A stretch of DNA of 64,000 nt from Lama glama (GCA_028534125.1 CM052817.1:23190001-23254000); one strand, 5' to 3'. Positions 14,745 to 28,565 are shown, counted from the stretch's first letter. Numbers and translations: made by a program. Notes: generated by a model not told the origin, from the sequence alone.

Positions 14745-14965
14745 TATATTTTTTAGCATTTAGTATATGTCAAACACTGTCCAATGCGTTTTGCTTATCT
14801 TAACTCATTCAGTCACCATAAGGTTAGTTATTTTACTTTCATGATCTGTTTCCTTTTCTAGATAAAGAAATTGGGAAGCAGAAGAGTTAAGTAACGTGGC
14901 CAAGAAATGATGGAACGGGAATGTTAATCTAGGCAGATTAGTGTGAGATGTTCTCTATGACTACT
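14745..14965 (-). mobile_element. MIR SINE
   Basis: ttttctagataaagaaattgggaagcagaagagttaagtaacgtggccaag (antisense MIR core). Confidence 0.7.
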
Positions 14966-16196
14966 GTGCTGTCTCTCAAATAGTTTAAGTAGGGTTTGAA
15001 CCCATGTGTGGTTGATTTTAAACCCCAATAAATGCTTTGTTTTTATCTTGTTTTCCCTATCTCTCATATCCTTCTATGATTATAGTCCATGTCAGCTAAT
15101 CTGGATGATAAACTATAAAATCCACAAGCATAAAAACTCTCTCTCACTTGCTCACCTTTGAATCTCCAGTGCCTAACAAATTCCCTGGCACAGACAAGGT
15201 CATCAATAAGGATTATTGGAATGAATACCCACAAGGAGATCATGGCTACCTTAAGAGATACTGAGTATGAATATCGAACTCTCCTTGAAGGATCAACCCT
15301 GCAGCCAGAGCAGCTTTTCCAGCCCCTACCCTGGCTTCCTTAAATGCCTCCTTCTCTACAACTCCAGCAACCCTAAACAAGAAAACCCCTGAGAAATCAT
15401 TACTGTGTTATTATCAACCTAACAAAACAATCCATTCTCATAATGTTAATATATGAAAAATGTTTATGATGATAATGTTCATAGCTATCAGAGGCAGTTT
15501 GAATTACTTTTTGTGTACTGATAAAATAACAGACCTCAATTGCTACAGAGATGGCTGGATGAGACAAGGTTTCATTAATTCAGTTTCAAGCACCATTGAC
15601 ACAGAGTCTTTCTAAAAAAAATAATAAATTTGGATATATGCAGTTTGTATTGAAAACTGGAAGAGAGGTTACTGTCAAATAGAAGTCATCCCTTAACTTT
15701 CTTCATTCCTTTCCATCTAAGGCATTTAAAGCTAAATAAATTTAGAAAAGGTAGATTATTAAACAGTCCTCAGCGAGCAAAACACAGGTAACTATTTCAA
15801 GGCAAGCATGATTTGTAGGCTGGTTCTGAGTTGTCATTCAGAGCCCCAGCAGCCAAAGACTGCCAATTCATTGTTTTTCCTCTCTTGTTCCATTGGAAAC
15901 CAGTTTCCTCTTGCTATATTTTGTTTCACTTTAAAATTATTACACAAAATTAAAAAATGCTCAGACAAATTGTAATCAAATAATTCTGTGCACTTGCTTT
16001 ATGTCAAGGGATATATAAGTTAATAAAAAAATACTGTTTGTATGTGGCACCGTAATATCTCCATCATTCTGAAATTTGGTGTAATGGTCAGCATTATAAT
16101 GAAATTGCAGTTTTTCATTTTTTTCAACAATACTTCTTGGGCAAGAAAAATCATCACAAGCTAGAGTTGAATTTGTGAATTCTACAGAAGTCAGTT

Positions 16197-16208
16197 TGTG
16201 TGTGCATA

Positions 16209-16239
<31 letters not shown>
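16197..16239. repeat. (TG)n(AG)n microsatellite
   Basis: tgtgtgtgtg...agagagag seen directly. Confidence 0.9.
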
Positions 16240-17249
16240 TACAAATTAAGGGGTAAAATGTCGTGAACATTTCTAAAAGAACTTCATTGTGCCTTAATTT
16301 TTTTAACTTCAGTGAGTTTTAAAATGTCTTGATCAGAATGACATGAAGCAAAAGTAATTTATGAGTTGTATCTTTACTGAAAATTCCATAATAATTGGAG
16401 GGATATATGTTTTTGTTAATATTCTATTGTATTTCCATTTTAGAATAACTTAGCTATCATATTTTACATGTTTGTTTGAAATAGTTGCTTCTCTCGGGAA
16501 TGTGTTTTAATTTATTTTTAGTCATAAGATTTTTTTTAATTTCAAGTATTTTTAAAGACCATGATTATATTTCATATTCATTAAAGAGAGCACAGGTTTC
16601 TAAGATTGAGAAAGAGCAGTTTGAGAAAAAAAAAAACCACGAGAGAAATTTTATGCCAGCTATTACATTTTAATTTAGTATTTGAGTAGGTGCCTAGAAA
16701 TAATATAGTCAAAGGAAATGTCTGATAAAGACAATTGGAAGTCAAAAAGAGCTATCCATTGAATTAGTTCAAATTTTCTAAACAGTGTCTGCCAGTGATT
16801 TGGTAAAAAAAAAAAAAATTCAATTGTATCAGGAGGATTGAAACCTTGGTTTTCCATACTCTTCTATAACTCCCTGGTGTCCAGAATTCTTTGAAATGTA
16901 TTGCTTCTCACAATTTAGGATGTATTACTTCTTTTCCACTCTGTTCTATTCCATTTATCCTCAAGTCAGAGTTTCCCTGTAACATTGTTATTCTTAAAAT
17001 AGAGAAGGGAGTTTTAAAATTATTTGTTTCATGATTACATATCTTCTTATTGCCCTGTGGAAGCTTTGAGCTATGTAGTTGTATGGCCATTCAAATGGCT
17101 GTTCTCTTGCTCTCTGGACATCCCCTGCTTAACCAATGCCTTCCTCCCTGCACCCTGCTCACAAGTCTGACCTTCCTACATACTTGCCCAGATTCCAGCT
17201 AATGGACCAGGCAGATAGAAAAACAAATGCCAAAACTCTGAGGAAAGAG

Positions 17250-18050
17250 CATGCCCTACTTCTGTGAGGTCATAAATCATGTCATTTGGTTTGAGAGGAG
17301 TGAGCTCATGCTCACTGTAGCCCGTGATCAGACCTACAGTTTAATTGTATCTCTCAGGCTGCTCTGTTGGAAAATGACTGAGAAGTGTAGAGGAGAGCAA
17401 GTGAAGGGAGAAGTCTGTTATAGTGATCCACGCCTGAAATGACGGTATCTTGGATACTAGTACTGGTGGTGGTCAAAGTCTGGATTCCACGAGTAGAGCT
17501 GAACGGATTTCTTGACTGATTAGGTAAGTAGTACTTGATAAACAGAGAAGTTGAAGATGACTCCAAGTCTTGTGGACTGAACATTGAATGGCATAGAGTA
17601 ACATAAGAGGGACCTTTACGTTTAGGTATGTCATGTTTGAGAAGCTTGGTAGATGGACAAGTGGAGGCTGCATATACTCTGTTTAATACCATTCTGGAGT
17701 TCACAGAAGATGATGGAGTGGAGAGAAAAACACTGGAGCCATCAGGGTGAAAATAGTATTTAAAACCACAGGAATGGATAAAATCACCTAGAAAGTGAGT
17801 AAGAAAGATATGAAACCTGAGCCCTAGGCCAGCCTGTTATTTTAAAGGAGAAGATGAGGAAGATGGCACTAGGAGGAGTGAGAGTGAGAGGCAGTGAGGA
17901 GGCAGAAGAACTAAATTAGGGTGAAGTCTAGTGCCTGCCATTAGAGGAGAAAGAGGAAGAAAGGGAGGAAGAAGAGAGGAGGGATAAGTAAGAGGACAAA
18001 GCAGAAGCATCTCATGAAAGAAAAATCAACGTTTGTGATAGTTACTTAAG
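17250..18050 (-). mobile_element. L2 LINE fragment
   Basis: Antisense L2 motifs ctctcaggctgctctgttggaaaatgactg, gatgactccaagtcttgtggactgaaca and ggaatggataaaatcacctagaaagtgag. Confidence 0.75.
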
Positions 18051-19289
18051 GACTAAACACTGAATCAGCAAAGTACAAAGTAGGAAGTTTCTATAGATTT
18101 TCTCAGCAAAATAAGAAGCTGAATTCTCAGCTGAAAATGTGGAAGGAGAAAATGGTGTTTATGTTTTGAGGAGAGAAAAGACTGAAATGATCCTTTAAAA
18201 ACCTGGAGTGTGAGTCATGCAAGGCTAAGTAGTAGAAGGAAGGAAGGGCAGTTTTCCTCATCACTCTCAGCAGGACTGAACACGTCCTTCCAAGGCGCTC
18301 TGCCCATGCTTTCATGAACATGCTTAGCACTTTTAATTAAGGTTATTCACTTTTCTGTCTCTTCTGCTAGGCTGTAAGCTCTTCAAAAAATGACCAGTTG
18401 ATAGATTCCTAACATGCATGTTTTCCATGGAACCACATTAAAGAATGTTAAACAAGTGAAAAAGAGATTCAGATTTAAGTGGCACCATTAGGGCAGGCGG
18501 AGACTAAAGAACTCCAAATTTTAACATCCCCAAATTATAAATACATTGGGAAGTATCATCAAACATTGGAGAATTAGTGCATGGATATTAGGCAGCACAG
18601 AGATAGAGATCCTAGTGCAACCGTGTTAAAAAGAAATTCATAATGATGTATGCAGAGAACAACAAATCTAAGAGGATTTAAATGAAGGTTAGGATAAAAG
18701 CAACATGGAAGATGTTTTATACTGAAGTTGCTACCTTTGATAGAACTTTTTACCTCATTCTTGCCTAGTTTGAAAATTATTCCAAGAGTGTCCTAAAGTG
18801 GAAGTAAATAGGGTCTTCTGGTTAAGGTGACTCTTTCTGGTGTACATTACATGAGCTGACCACTCAAATAATGTTTTCATTGTTATCTGAAACAAAGTGA
18901 GAGTACCCTAAGACTTGATACTGAAAAAAACTTGACATAATTAGTATAGACATCTAAATATAAATCTATTCAAAACAGTTAAACACACTGTAGCCAGTCC
19001 AGGCCTAAGAATGGGAAATGATGAGAATAATAGTGACAATTTTTCATTGATGAGGATGTGCTGAATCCTGTTTAGATCTTATTTCTCTGGATTTACGTGA
19101 CGCTGGTTTTTCGCTCCGTGCTGCTGATGACCTGTCAGGATGACTGGATGTAGAGACTTCTGATATGGCTTCTTCTTCACGAGCTTCATCACCAATGCAT
19201 AGTAGTGACCTTGTTGTCCTGGCACTGTCTAGTGGTCCTCTATTGCACCTGGCCCTTTTCTTCATGTCACTTGTGGAAACAGCTGTCAA

Positions 19290-19820
19290 TGCCTTAGGAC
19301 ATGCTTCTTGCCCCTGTTGTCTCTGAAGCCCAAGACTCTGAAGCATTCACTCACTGTATGTTTCAGCAAACTCATCCCACATCCACCCTTCAATGGGACC
19401 TGCAAGACCGAAAGACAAGGAAAGGGTGTGAGTGTTGCTGGCACAAGCCTTAGAGACTGCCACTGATATCTTGAGATCTGGTTTCCCTTTCCCTGGCAAC
19501 TACCCCAAAAGGCAGAATGCCTAGAAGTGCCTAGAAGTTTACTCCACACCCTGTGGAGTAAACTTTGACCAATGGGAGGTGAAAGCAAATAATTAGACTT
19601 TCTTCCTACTCTGAACATAGTGTTCCACAAAGCAGTAGGTTATATTAGAAGATATCCTGCAAAGCAGAATAATCAGCTACACTTGTTATGATTTCAGATC
19701 AATGATGGACTCTTATCTTTGCTTCTCTTGTTTCCTTGCCTCAGTTGACTATACTTCACAATGCAGTGTACATCCATAAATTCCACTTAAATTCTGTTTT
19801 CCCTGGAACCTAGTCTAAAA
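19290..19820 (+). mobile_element. Old ERVL-class solo LTR (LTR16/LTR33-like)
   Basis: tttgaccaatgggagg motif and 3' end ctgttttccctggaacctagtctaaaa resemble ERVL LTR ends. Confidence 0.5.
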
Positions 19821-20199
19821 TGAGATTTATGCATGCATTTAAATCATTTTTAGGATAAGATCTATTTGTTAAAGTCTATATGAAGAATAAAAGCAAGTTT
19901 TGTTGCAGTTTTTTTCTTTATTTAGTCAAAATAAATATCTTTTAATAATGAGGACTTTTCTTAAAAGTAAAGTGTAAGAAACACTTTATTAAATTAACAG
20001 ATTGAAGTAAATAGTGGTGTTATTCTAATGAGACACTTTATTTCCAGAGGAGTAAGAGAGAAAGAAAGAAAGAAATCCTTGACTATTTGCATGAACAGAG
20101 AGATTGCAGTAGAGGTGTTGAAAATGTTAAAATTCTGAAAGTGGGGTCAATAGGCTTTTCTAAACAGTTGAGTATGATGTGTGAGAAAAAGAGAAGACT

Positions 20200-20990
20200 C
20201 ATAATATTCCAAGAACAATTGCGAAAATGTACTTTCTTTTCACTTAGAAGGGGAAGGTGATGGGTATTTTGGGTGAGGGAGGGTAAAAAGATCAGGAGTG
20301 CAATTTCAAACATAGTGAGTGTAAGGTCTTTATTAAGTATGCAAATGAAGGTTCTAAGTAATCTGTTGAGTATACAAGTCTGCTGTTCAGAAGAGGAATT
20401 TGGACTGGAAAGATTATTTGGGAGATTTGAGCATATAGTTGGTATTTAATGTTATAACACCAGATGACACAAAGAGGAAACTAGGTGTAGATAACAGGGT
20501 AAAGATTTTGCTAAAGATGAACGATGTAAGTTTAGAGGAGAGAAAACTTCAGAGGTGACAGAAAAAAAGTGTTCAGAGAGGAAGGAGAAAAGCAAGCTAA
20601 GAGTATCTGGACTCCTAGATCAATTTAAAAACAAACAAGCAAACAAAAAACCAAAAAACGAATGTTAAAGGAAGCTAAAAATCTGCCATGTCAAATACTG
20701 CTGCTAAATCAATAAAAATGAGGAATTAAAATTCACAATTGAATTTAGCAACATGTATATAATAGTTGACCTTGACAGGGGAAATTTCATCTAAGTACTG
20801 AGTATAATCATGATTAGAGCGGGTTTAAAAGAGAATGAGAGAAAAATTAGAAACAATGAGTAAAGATAAAAATTTCTTGAAGTTTTATTAGAAAGAAGTA
20901 CAAATAAATGGGTTAGCTGGTAAGAGGAATAGATCAAGAAACTTTTTGAAAGATGAGTACAGATTCCCGGGCAGAGGTGACGTTTTTGAT
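20200..20990 (-). mobile_element. L2 LINE fragment (interrupted by MLT1E)
   Basis: Antisense L2 motifs ttgaatttagcaacatg...gttgaccttgacagg and agagcgggtttaaaagagaatgagag. Confidence 0.7.
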
Positions 20991-20991
20991 C

Positions 20992-21329
20992 TGTGGCAGA
21001 TAGACCCCGAGCATCCACAAATACACCTGCTGTCTGGCACCTCTGCCCCACTCTCCCCGGAAGTGTGGGCACAACTTGTGATTTGCTTTAAATCAATAGA
21101 AGACAGCAAAGATGACAGGATGTCACTTTCATGATTACATTACATAAACTTTTAACTTCTGTCTTGCTAGTAAATTCTATTGATTCTCTTTCTTGCTGGC
21201 TTTGATGACATACACCATCATATAGTGAGGCCCAGGTGAAAAAACTAAAGGTGGTTTGGAACTGACAGCCAGCAAGGAGCCGAGGCCCTCACGCTGAGAA
21301 CCCTCAAGAAACTAGATCCCGCCAACAAT
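20992..21329 (+). mobile_element. MaLR LTR (MLT1E-like), runs into gap
   Basis: Starts TGtggcaga; motifs ggatgtcactttcatgattacattacat, cttgctggctttgatga and cccgccaacaa. Confidence 0.8.
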
Positions 21330-21829
21330 NNNNNNNNNNNNNNNNNNNNNNNNNNNNNNNNNNNNNNNNNNNNNNNNNNNNNNNNNNNNNNNNNNNNNNN
21401 NNNNNNNNNNNNNNNNNNNNNNNNNNNNNNNNNNNNNNNNNNNNNNNNNNNNNNNNNNNNNNNNNNNNNNNNNNNNNNNNNNNNNNNNNNNNNNNNNNNN
21501 NNNNNNNNNNNNNNNNNNNNNNNNNNNNNNNNNNNNNNNNNNNNNNNNNNNNNNNNNNNNNNNNNNNNNNNNNNNNNNNNNNNNNNNNNNNNNNNNNNNN
21601 NNNNNNNNNNNNNNNNNNNNNNNNNNNNNNNNNNNNNNNNNNNNNNNNNNNNNNNNNNNNNNNNNNNNNNNNNNNNNNNNNNNNNNNNNNNNNNNNNNNN
21701 NNNNNNNNNNNNNNNNNNNNNNNNNNNNNNNNNNNNNNNNNNNNNNNNNNNNNNNNNNNNNNNNNNNNNNNNNNNNNNNNNNNNNNNNNNNNNNNNNNNN
21801 NNNNNNNNNNNNNNNNNNNNNNNNNNNNN
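21330..21829. other. Assembly gap (500 N)
   Basis: Run of N. Confidence 1.
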
Positions 21830-23399
21830 AGTATAATTCTTTGAGTGTTTTAATAGTTCTTACTGAGAAGATCAGAACAGAAAGCGCTAAATCTGATCAG
21901 GAAGGAAGCACAAAGCACCGGTCACTCCTACTGGCCAGTGTAAGAGAATTCTTAGTCATTTTGATATTTTCCTTTGTCTTCCTTTTGTCTGTGTTCAGAC
22001 ATGATTATGACGTTGTCTGGGTGGTTTTTACCCATCCAGTCAGTGTTTTTGTCTGATGTTGGTGTGCTGTGCAGTTTTATGCTCGGTGGGAGAACGCCAT
22101 GCCCTCTCTGTGAGCTCTAGAACATGCCCCTCTTATCAGGGCATGGATTTCCCTTTCCCAGCCAGGAGACTGGTCTTAGATGTTGGAAAGAGTGTGAAGA
22201 ACAGAGTAACTTGTTTGCATAGCCTTACAGGAATTAGAGTGTAAGAAATGAGGGTGGGTATCAGAGTCTAAAGTTTTTTGTGATGACTGCTATGAATAGG
22301 GATGATTAAGGGGCATGATTAAGCATAGTATAGTTATTAACTCAGTCAAGAGAATATTTTGTAACTGTTGATTGTGCTAATAATAAAAATAATCTTTTAG
22401 ATTTTAGAGGCTATCATCTGTTTAGTGCTTATTTTCATCAAATGTTTTGTTAAATATATTATGTATAATTTAATACTTTATTTTATTATCACCAAGTAGT
22501 TTTATTTTTATTTTTTAATGAGAAAATCAAGACCTAAAAGTTTTAAGCATCAAGATCACATTCTTAATCTTGAATCCAAAGTTCTTAATCACTGTTATGC
22601 TGTCCCATCTACTAACAATATTATGTTCAGTAAAAGTACAGACTGGAGAATTTCAATTATGCTGAGGTTGCAGTAATATGCAATTCATACTTACAAATAT
22701 AAGTAAACTGGAAGAAAACTTGGGAACAAAATAACAAAATCTTTGATTGATGGAGCAGTGGATTTATTTATCCACCAGGGTGATTTATTTTTATTTCTAA
22801 TGTTGCTATAATATGTTTTTGTGAAATTAATAATAATAATATGTTTACCTAACATTACTTGTCAGAATAAAAGTTATTTTAAATAAAAAATATTCAGTTG
22901 AATTCCCCAAGTTTCTGAGCAATAATAATCCCTTGAGATAATTACACTAGAACCTGGAATAATTTTCTCCAAATTTCACTGGCTACTGTGAATCATTTCA
23001 GGTTAAATCATGGAGCTTATTTTCCAAAAGGTTTATTTAAATGCCTAAATATTTACAGTTAAACAGTGAAGAGTGTAGTGTACTTCTTTGCTTATCAGAT
23101 AACTTAAAGAAGAGTATGTGCACATATATTTAAATTCTTGTAATATATTACTTAAGAGAGAATTTAAATCCAGTTGCTGTGTTTTCAATCATTATTTTTT
23201 TCAAGTGTGTGTTAGTTTAGTTTTGTTCTGTTTTAAATAATTGGGAGCCAAAATCTATAGAAAAATATTCAAGGACAAAGTGTAATCATTTCAATTAGGG
23301 AATCCATTTTGGACATTATATATTATATAAATTAAGTACAGTTTGCTTATAGATGTCATAATAACTATATGACTTGAAATTAATCAACTATAACTTATA

Positions 23400-23945
23400 G
23401 GAAACTTAGAAGAACAAAAGTTTGTGGTAATACTGTATGAGAAATAACCTGGTTTCCTCATCAAATAGTTTAAAGACATGAGAAAGGAAAATTAAAAACA
23501 TGAGAAATAGAGGAAAAAGATATGTGTATATATATGTATATACATGTGCATATATATGTAAAGAGCCTAAAGAGACATCAATCAACAGCAATGTTTAGAC
23601 TTTATTTCGACCCTGATTCAAATGAAAAACTATAAAGGCACCTGACATTCCAAGACAACTGCATATTTGAGTAAGAGATATTTTATAGTTAAGATATTAT
23701 TACTTTTTTTTAACCATGACAATGTTAACATGGTTACTTTTTTAAAGTTCTTAACTTTTAGAGACACCTGGTGAAATATTTATGAATGAAATGATACAAT
23801 ATTGGAGAATGTAGTGGGTGAGGTATAGATTAAACTCTATTAATGTTGCATTGATGACTGTTAAAGCTGAGTAACAGAAATGAGAAAATTTATATACTGT
23901 TTTATTTTAATATTTATTGCTTGAAAATTTCTATTCTCAAAATGA
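23400..23945 (+). mobile_element. Old L1 3'UTR (L1MC/L1ME-like)
   Basis: agagacatcaatcaacagcaatgtttagacttt...ccctgattcaaa; gaaatatttatgaatgaaatgata; ends ttgaaaatttctattctcaaaa. Confidence 0.65.
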
Positions 23946-24499
23946 AGAAAAATATATCTAAGTCATTACATATAAAACAATAACAGAAGCATAGACTACA
24001 CAGAAATCAGAGAGGAGTATTTAAGGTAACAACTTCATAGATAATTCTTTTTTTTTTATACCAGCTGTATAACTAATACTGGCTTGATTAATTTTGTTAG
24101 TATTATATTTGTCTGTATCTCCTTATTTGGTCTAACCTTTCTCCATGTCTAATTAGTTCATAAGTGCGTATTAACTCTAATCACATAATTACTCAACTGA
24201 CAAACATTTGAATGTCAATATCAAAATATTCCAAAGAATATTTTGGAAGCAATATGGACCAGAAATCACTTATTAAGCTGCTTTCCTTAAAGAAAAAATA
24301 ATTTATGGATCTTGCATCTTGTGCTCCCTTTAATTAGCATTTTCATTCAGCATTTTCATTCATTCAGGATTTTAATAGAAACTCAGCCAATCCATGTCTG
24401 ATGACTAACTGTTAGAATGAGTGCATAATGGGATAGATTACTTACTCGTGGAATAACATAGAGTAATACTTTTAGATGGTGTGTTTATTCTGGGAAACC

Positions 24500-24715
24500 A
24501 AACACAAGAAGAGGCATTTTATTTATCTGCAAATATTTGAGGCTTTCCATTTTAGAATTGAGAATAGACATGTACTTTTTTGCAGATGGATGCTGCTTGT
24601 ATGAGAGTTATAGGACCATGGTTGCTTCAACATAAGAAGAAATTAAATATTTAGGGATGGATAGTAATGAATATGCTGCTTCTTCAACTAGTATGCTACA
24701 CTGAATTATTGAAAA
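24500..24715 (+). mobile_element. L3/CR1 3' fragment
   Basis: caaatatttgaggctttccat...agaatagacatgtac...gttatagga...ttcaacataagaagaaa resembles the CR1/L3 3' end. Confidence 0.55.
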
Positions 24716-25189
24716 AAATTACTTCTATCAAAGGCGCTATGCAGATAATTTATGTACTTCCATTGTGAAGCCTAATAAAGACAATCAAGTTTTAGTTCAG
24801 CTCTACAATCCTATATGTTAAGTTACTACAAAAGAAATTATAAAGCATAAATATGTACTTATTTATTCAGAAAATGACTTAATATTGCTAAATCTTGAAT
24901 TTGAGTACTGCTTATTTTGTAGCTTGTCCTGGAAAGTCAGTGACAAAAAGTCAATCATCTTCCAAATGTCAGTAAAGAATATTAATGTTTGGATCTTGAA
25001 ACATGTTTCCACTGAAGTGTAAGTAGAAAGCCCCTGATTCTAAGCCATGATATTCTACACCTCACAAACCTGGAAGTTATTGCATGGAGTCCAGTTTGCC
25101 AGGTTTATACCAAACTGCCATTAGATTGGATAATTTGCATCACACACACATACTTCTACTTTTTATTGTTCACTTTCATTGAACTTACT

Positions 25190-26345
25190 TTTAAACAAAC
25201 ATTAATATATAATTTATATGCCATATAATTGATACATTTAGAATTCAATTCAGTGATTCTTAGTCTATTTGTGTCCTGTCAATACAGTCAATTTTAGTAC
25301 ATTTCATCAAGTCAGAAGCAAACTCTGGACCCAATAGTGGTGATTCCACCATTGCCCTAGGCAATTGTTAATATACTTTATATGTCTCTTTATATTTTAT
25401 ACTTTTATTGGATATTTTAGATAAATAAGAATCACACAAATGTGATCTTTTGTAACCGGCTTGTTTCACTTAGTAAAGTTTTCGAGATTCATCCATGTTG
25501 TATCATGTATTGTATTAATATGCTTCATTGTATTTATCTATTCATCAGTGGATGGACATTTTTGCTGTTTCCATTTCTGTTATTATGAATAATAATGCTG
25601 TGAACATTAACACACAAGTTTTTTTGGAGAAATGTTTTCATTTCTCTTAGTTATTTACCTAGAAATACAGTTGCTAGGTCCTTTGGTTACTCTGTATTTA
25701 GCATCTTGCCAGACTGTTTTCCAAAGCAATTGAACTATTTTACGTTCCCACCACAGAGTACTAGCATGTGTGAAGTGGTGTCTCATCGCATTTTCCTGAA
25801 GATGTGAATCATTTTTTTTTCATTTGTCTGTTAGCCATTTGTCTAATTAATTTGGCAAAATGGCAATTCAGATCCTTTGCCTGGGTTCTTATTGAGTCAT
25901 GAGATTTCTTTATATAGTCCATATGTAAATCCCTTATGCAACAGAGGATTAACAAATATTTTTTTCCCATTCTGATGATTGTCTTTCACCTTCATGTCAT
26001 TCACTGTCATTCACTTTTTTTTTTTTAACAATTATGATCACCTTTTTTTGGGGGGGGGGGTGAGGGGAGGTAATTAGGTTTATTTGTTTATTTATTTTTA
26101 GATGTACTGGGGATTGAACCCAGGACCTCATGCATACTAAGCATGCACTCTACTGCTTGAGCTATACCCTCCCCCTTGTCATTCACTTTCATAATGGTAT
26201 CCTTTTGTACTGCAAAAATTGATCATTTTGATGAAGTTCAAGTTATCTATTATTTCTTTTGTCATTGTGATTTTTGTATCTTTTTAAAGAAATTTTGCTT
26301 AATCCAGCGTCTTTTCATATCTTCTTGTGTGTATGATTTTAGTCT
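25190..26345 (-). mobile_element. L1MB/ME-like 3' fragment (hosts a SINE)
   Basis: Antisense L1 motifs gagattcatccatgttgtatcatgtat, ttgccagactgttttccaaagc and tgtgaagtggtgtctcat. Confidence 0.85.
26015..26175 (-). mobile_element. Vic-1-type tRNA-derived SINE (camelid)
   Basis: Minus strand reads GGGGGAGGGTATAGCTCAAGCAGTAGAGTGCATGCTTAGTATGCATGAGGTCCTGGGTTCAATCCCCAGTAC (A and B boxes), then ...AAATAAACCTAATTACCTCCCC and poly(A). Flanked by a 13-bp TSD tgtcattcacttt (26005-26017 and 26177-26189). Confidence 0.9.
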
Positions 26346-26614
26346 CAATATCAAAACCAAACTTTAGGTGGGTGACCATACTGCTTTGGTAGAGTGGCTG
26401 CATCACCCTAAAAATGGAATCTTAATTTTTTTTTTAACGTCGGAATGGTATTTGTAAACAAAGATCTGGAAACTCAAACTCTATTTAGAGAGATATATGT
26501 TTTCAGCCCAGAAGGCCTTCTATTTCTCATTTGGAAAACAGAGTTATATTTTAATTTTCTCTATCTGGTTGGCCACCTCCACCATGCTATGGAGATTGGT
26601 GCCTATCATAGCAA

Positions 26615-26625
26615 AAATAAATAGA

Positions 26626-26660
<35 letters not shown>

Positions 26661-26678
26661 ATGAATGAATAAATAAAT
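26615..26678. repeat. (AAAT)n microsatellite
   Basis: Seen directly. Confidence 0.95.
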
Positions 26679-26691
26679 GATTTCTTAAAAA

Positions 26692-28565
26692 TGGAAATGT
26701 CCGTTCGAGTTCTTTGCCCACTTTTTAATTTAACTGAGTTTTTTTCTTTTTGTTTTTTGCTATTGAGTTGTAGATATTCTTGAATTATTTGGAAATTAAC
26801 CCTCTATCTATGATTTGCAAGTGTTTCTCTCATTCTATAGAGAGAATATTTATGTTCTGTTATTTTTTTTACTCCTGTGCTGTGCAGAAACTTTTAGCCT
26901 TGTTGTAGTTCCATTTTTACTGGTTTTATTTATATTTTTGGTGTCATATCCATGAAATCATTGTCAAGACTAATATTAAGAAGCTTTTCCATTATATTTT
27001 CTTCTAAAAGTTTTACAGTTTCAGGTCTTATGTTTAGGCCCTTAATCTATTTTGAGTTGATTTTTACAAATAATGTAAAGTAGGGGTTCACTGTTTTTTT
27101 TGGATGTGGACATCTAGTTTTCTCAGCATCATTGGTTGAAGAAAGTATCCTTTCCTCATTGTGTATTCTTGGTTACTTGGTCAAAGATTACTTGACCACA
27201 TATGTGAGGATTTATTTATGGACTCTCAATTCTATTTTACTGATCTGCTTGTCTGTCTTTATGCCAGCACCATACTGTTTTGATTTCTGTAGCTTTGTAA
27301 TATATTTTGAAATCAAGAAGGGTGATACCTCCTGATTTGTTCTTGCTGCTCAAATTCACTTTGTCCACTCTGGGATTTTTGTGGTTTTATAAGAATTTTA
27401 ATTTTTTTTTCTATTTCTGTAAAAGAGAAATGTCATTTAGATATTCATAGGGATAGTATTAAGTCTTTAGATCACCTTGGGTATAATGAACTCTTAAACA
27501 ATTTTAGTTCTTTCAATCCATGAACATAGGATATCTTTCCATTCATTTGTGTCTACTTTAATTTCTCTCATCAGTGTTCTGCAGTTCCCAGTGTCTATCA
27601 GACATTTCTCCAAAGAAAATAAACAAATGGCCAACAGATATATTAAAAGATGCACAGCATCATTAATTATCAGGAAAATACAAGTCAAAACTATGATATC
27701 TTATTTCACCTGTTTGGATAGCTATTTTTTTTTTTAAAGATAAGAACTGTTAGCAAGATTGTAGAGAAATTGGAACCCTTGTATACTGTTGAATATAAGA
27801 TGGTGCAACAGCTATGGAAAACTATTGTTTTCCTCAAAAAATTAAAAATAGATCTACCATATGTTCTAGCATTCCCACTCCAGGACATATATTCAAGAGA
27901 ACTGAAATCAGAATCTCTACGAAACAGCTGCAGTTGCATGTTTGTTGCAGCACTCTTCACAATAGCCAAGATATGTAAATAATTTGAGTGTCCATCAACA
28001 GGTACATGGATAAAGATAATTTGGTATATACATACAATGGGTTATTATTCAGCTGTAAATGAAAGAAGTAAATTCTGCCATTCACAACTGTATGGATGGA
28101 CCTAGAGGCCGTTATGCTAAGTGAAATAAGCCAGACACATACAAATACTGCATGATCCCACTTTATGAGGTATCTAAAATAATCAAACTCTTAGAAGCAG
28201 GGGATACAGTACTGGTTGCCAGATGCTGGAGGGTGGGGGAGGTAGAGAATTGTTTCTATTAGTATAAAGTTTCAGTCTTTGCAAAGTGAATAGATTGTAG
28301 AGATCTTCTGTGTAACATTGTGTCTGTAGCTAACAATACAGTTTTCAAAATATGCTAAGATGATAGATCTCAGGCTGAGTGTTCTCACTTACAAGCAAAC
28401 AAAAAGAAAAACACCCAGGTAACTCCAAAGTGTATCAGTTATGTCTATTACCTTGATTGTGGTGATAGTATCGCAGGTGTCTGCATATATAAAACTCATC
28501 AAATTGTACACATTATATATATACACTTCTTGGTATATAAATTATGCTTCAATAAATCTGTTCTT
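26692..28565 (+). mobile_element. 5'-truncated L1 (L1MA-like) with 5' inversion; ORF2 C-terminal remnants
   Basis: ~26692-27597 is antisense ORF2 (minus-strand [33 protein letters not shown]). ~27598-28565 is sense ([37 protein letters not shown]...CSCMFVAALFTIAK) followed by the 3'UTR. Confidence 0.92.

Noticed and set aside
26095..26175. tRNA-like sequence with A and B boxes
   Set aside because: It is the head of a SINE (tail, poly(A) and TSD present), not a tRNA gene.
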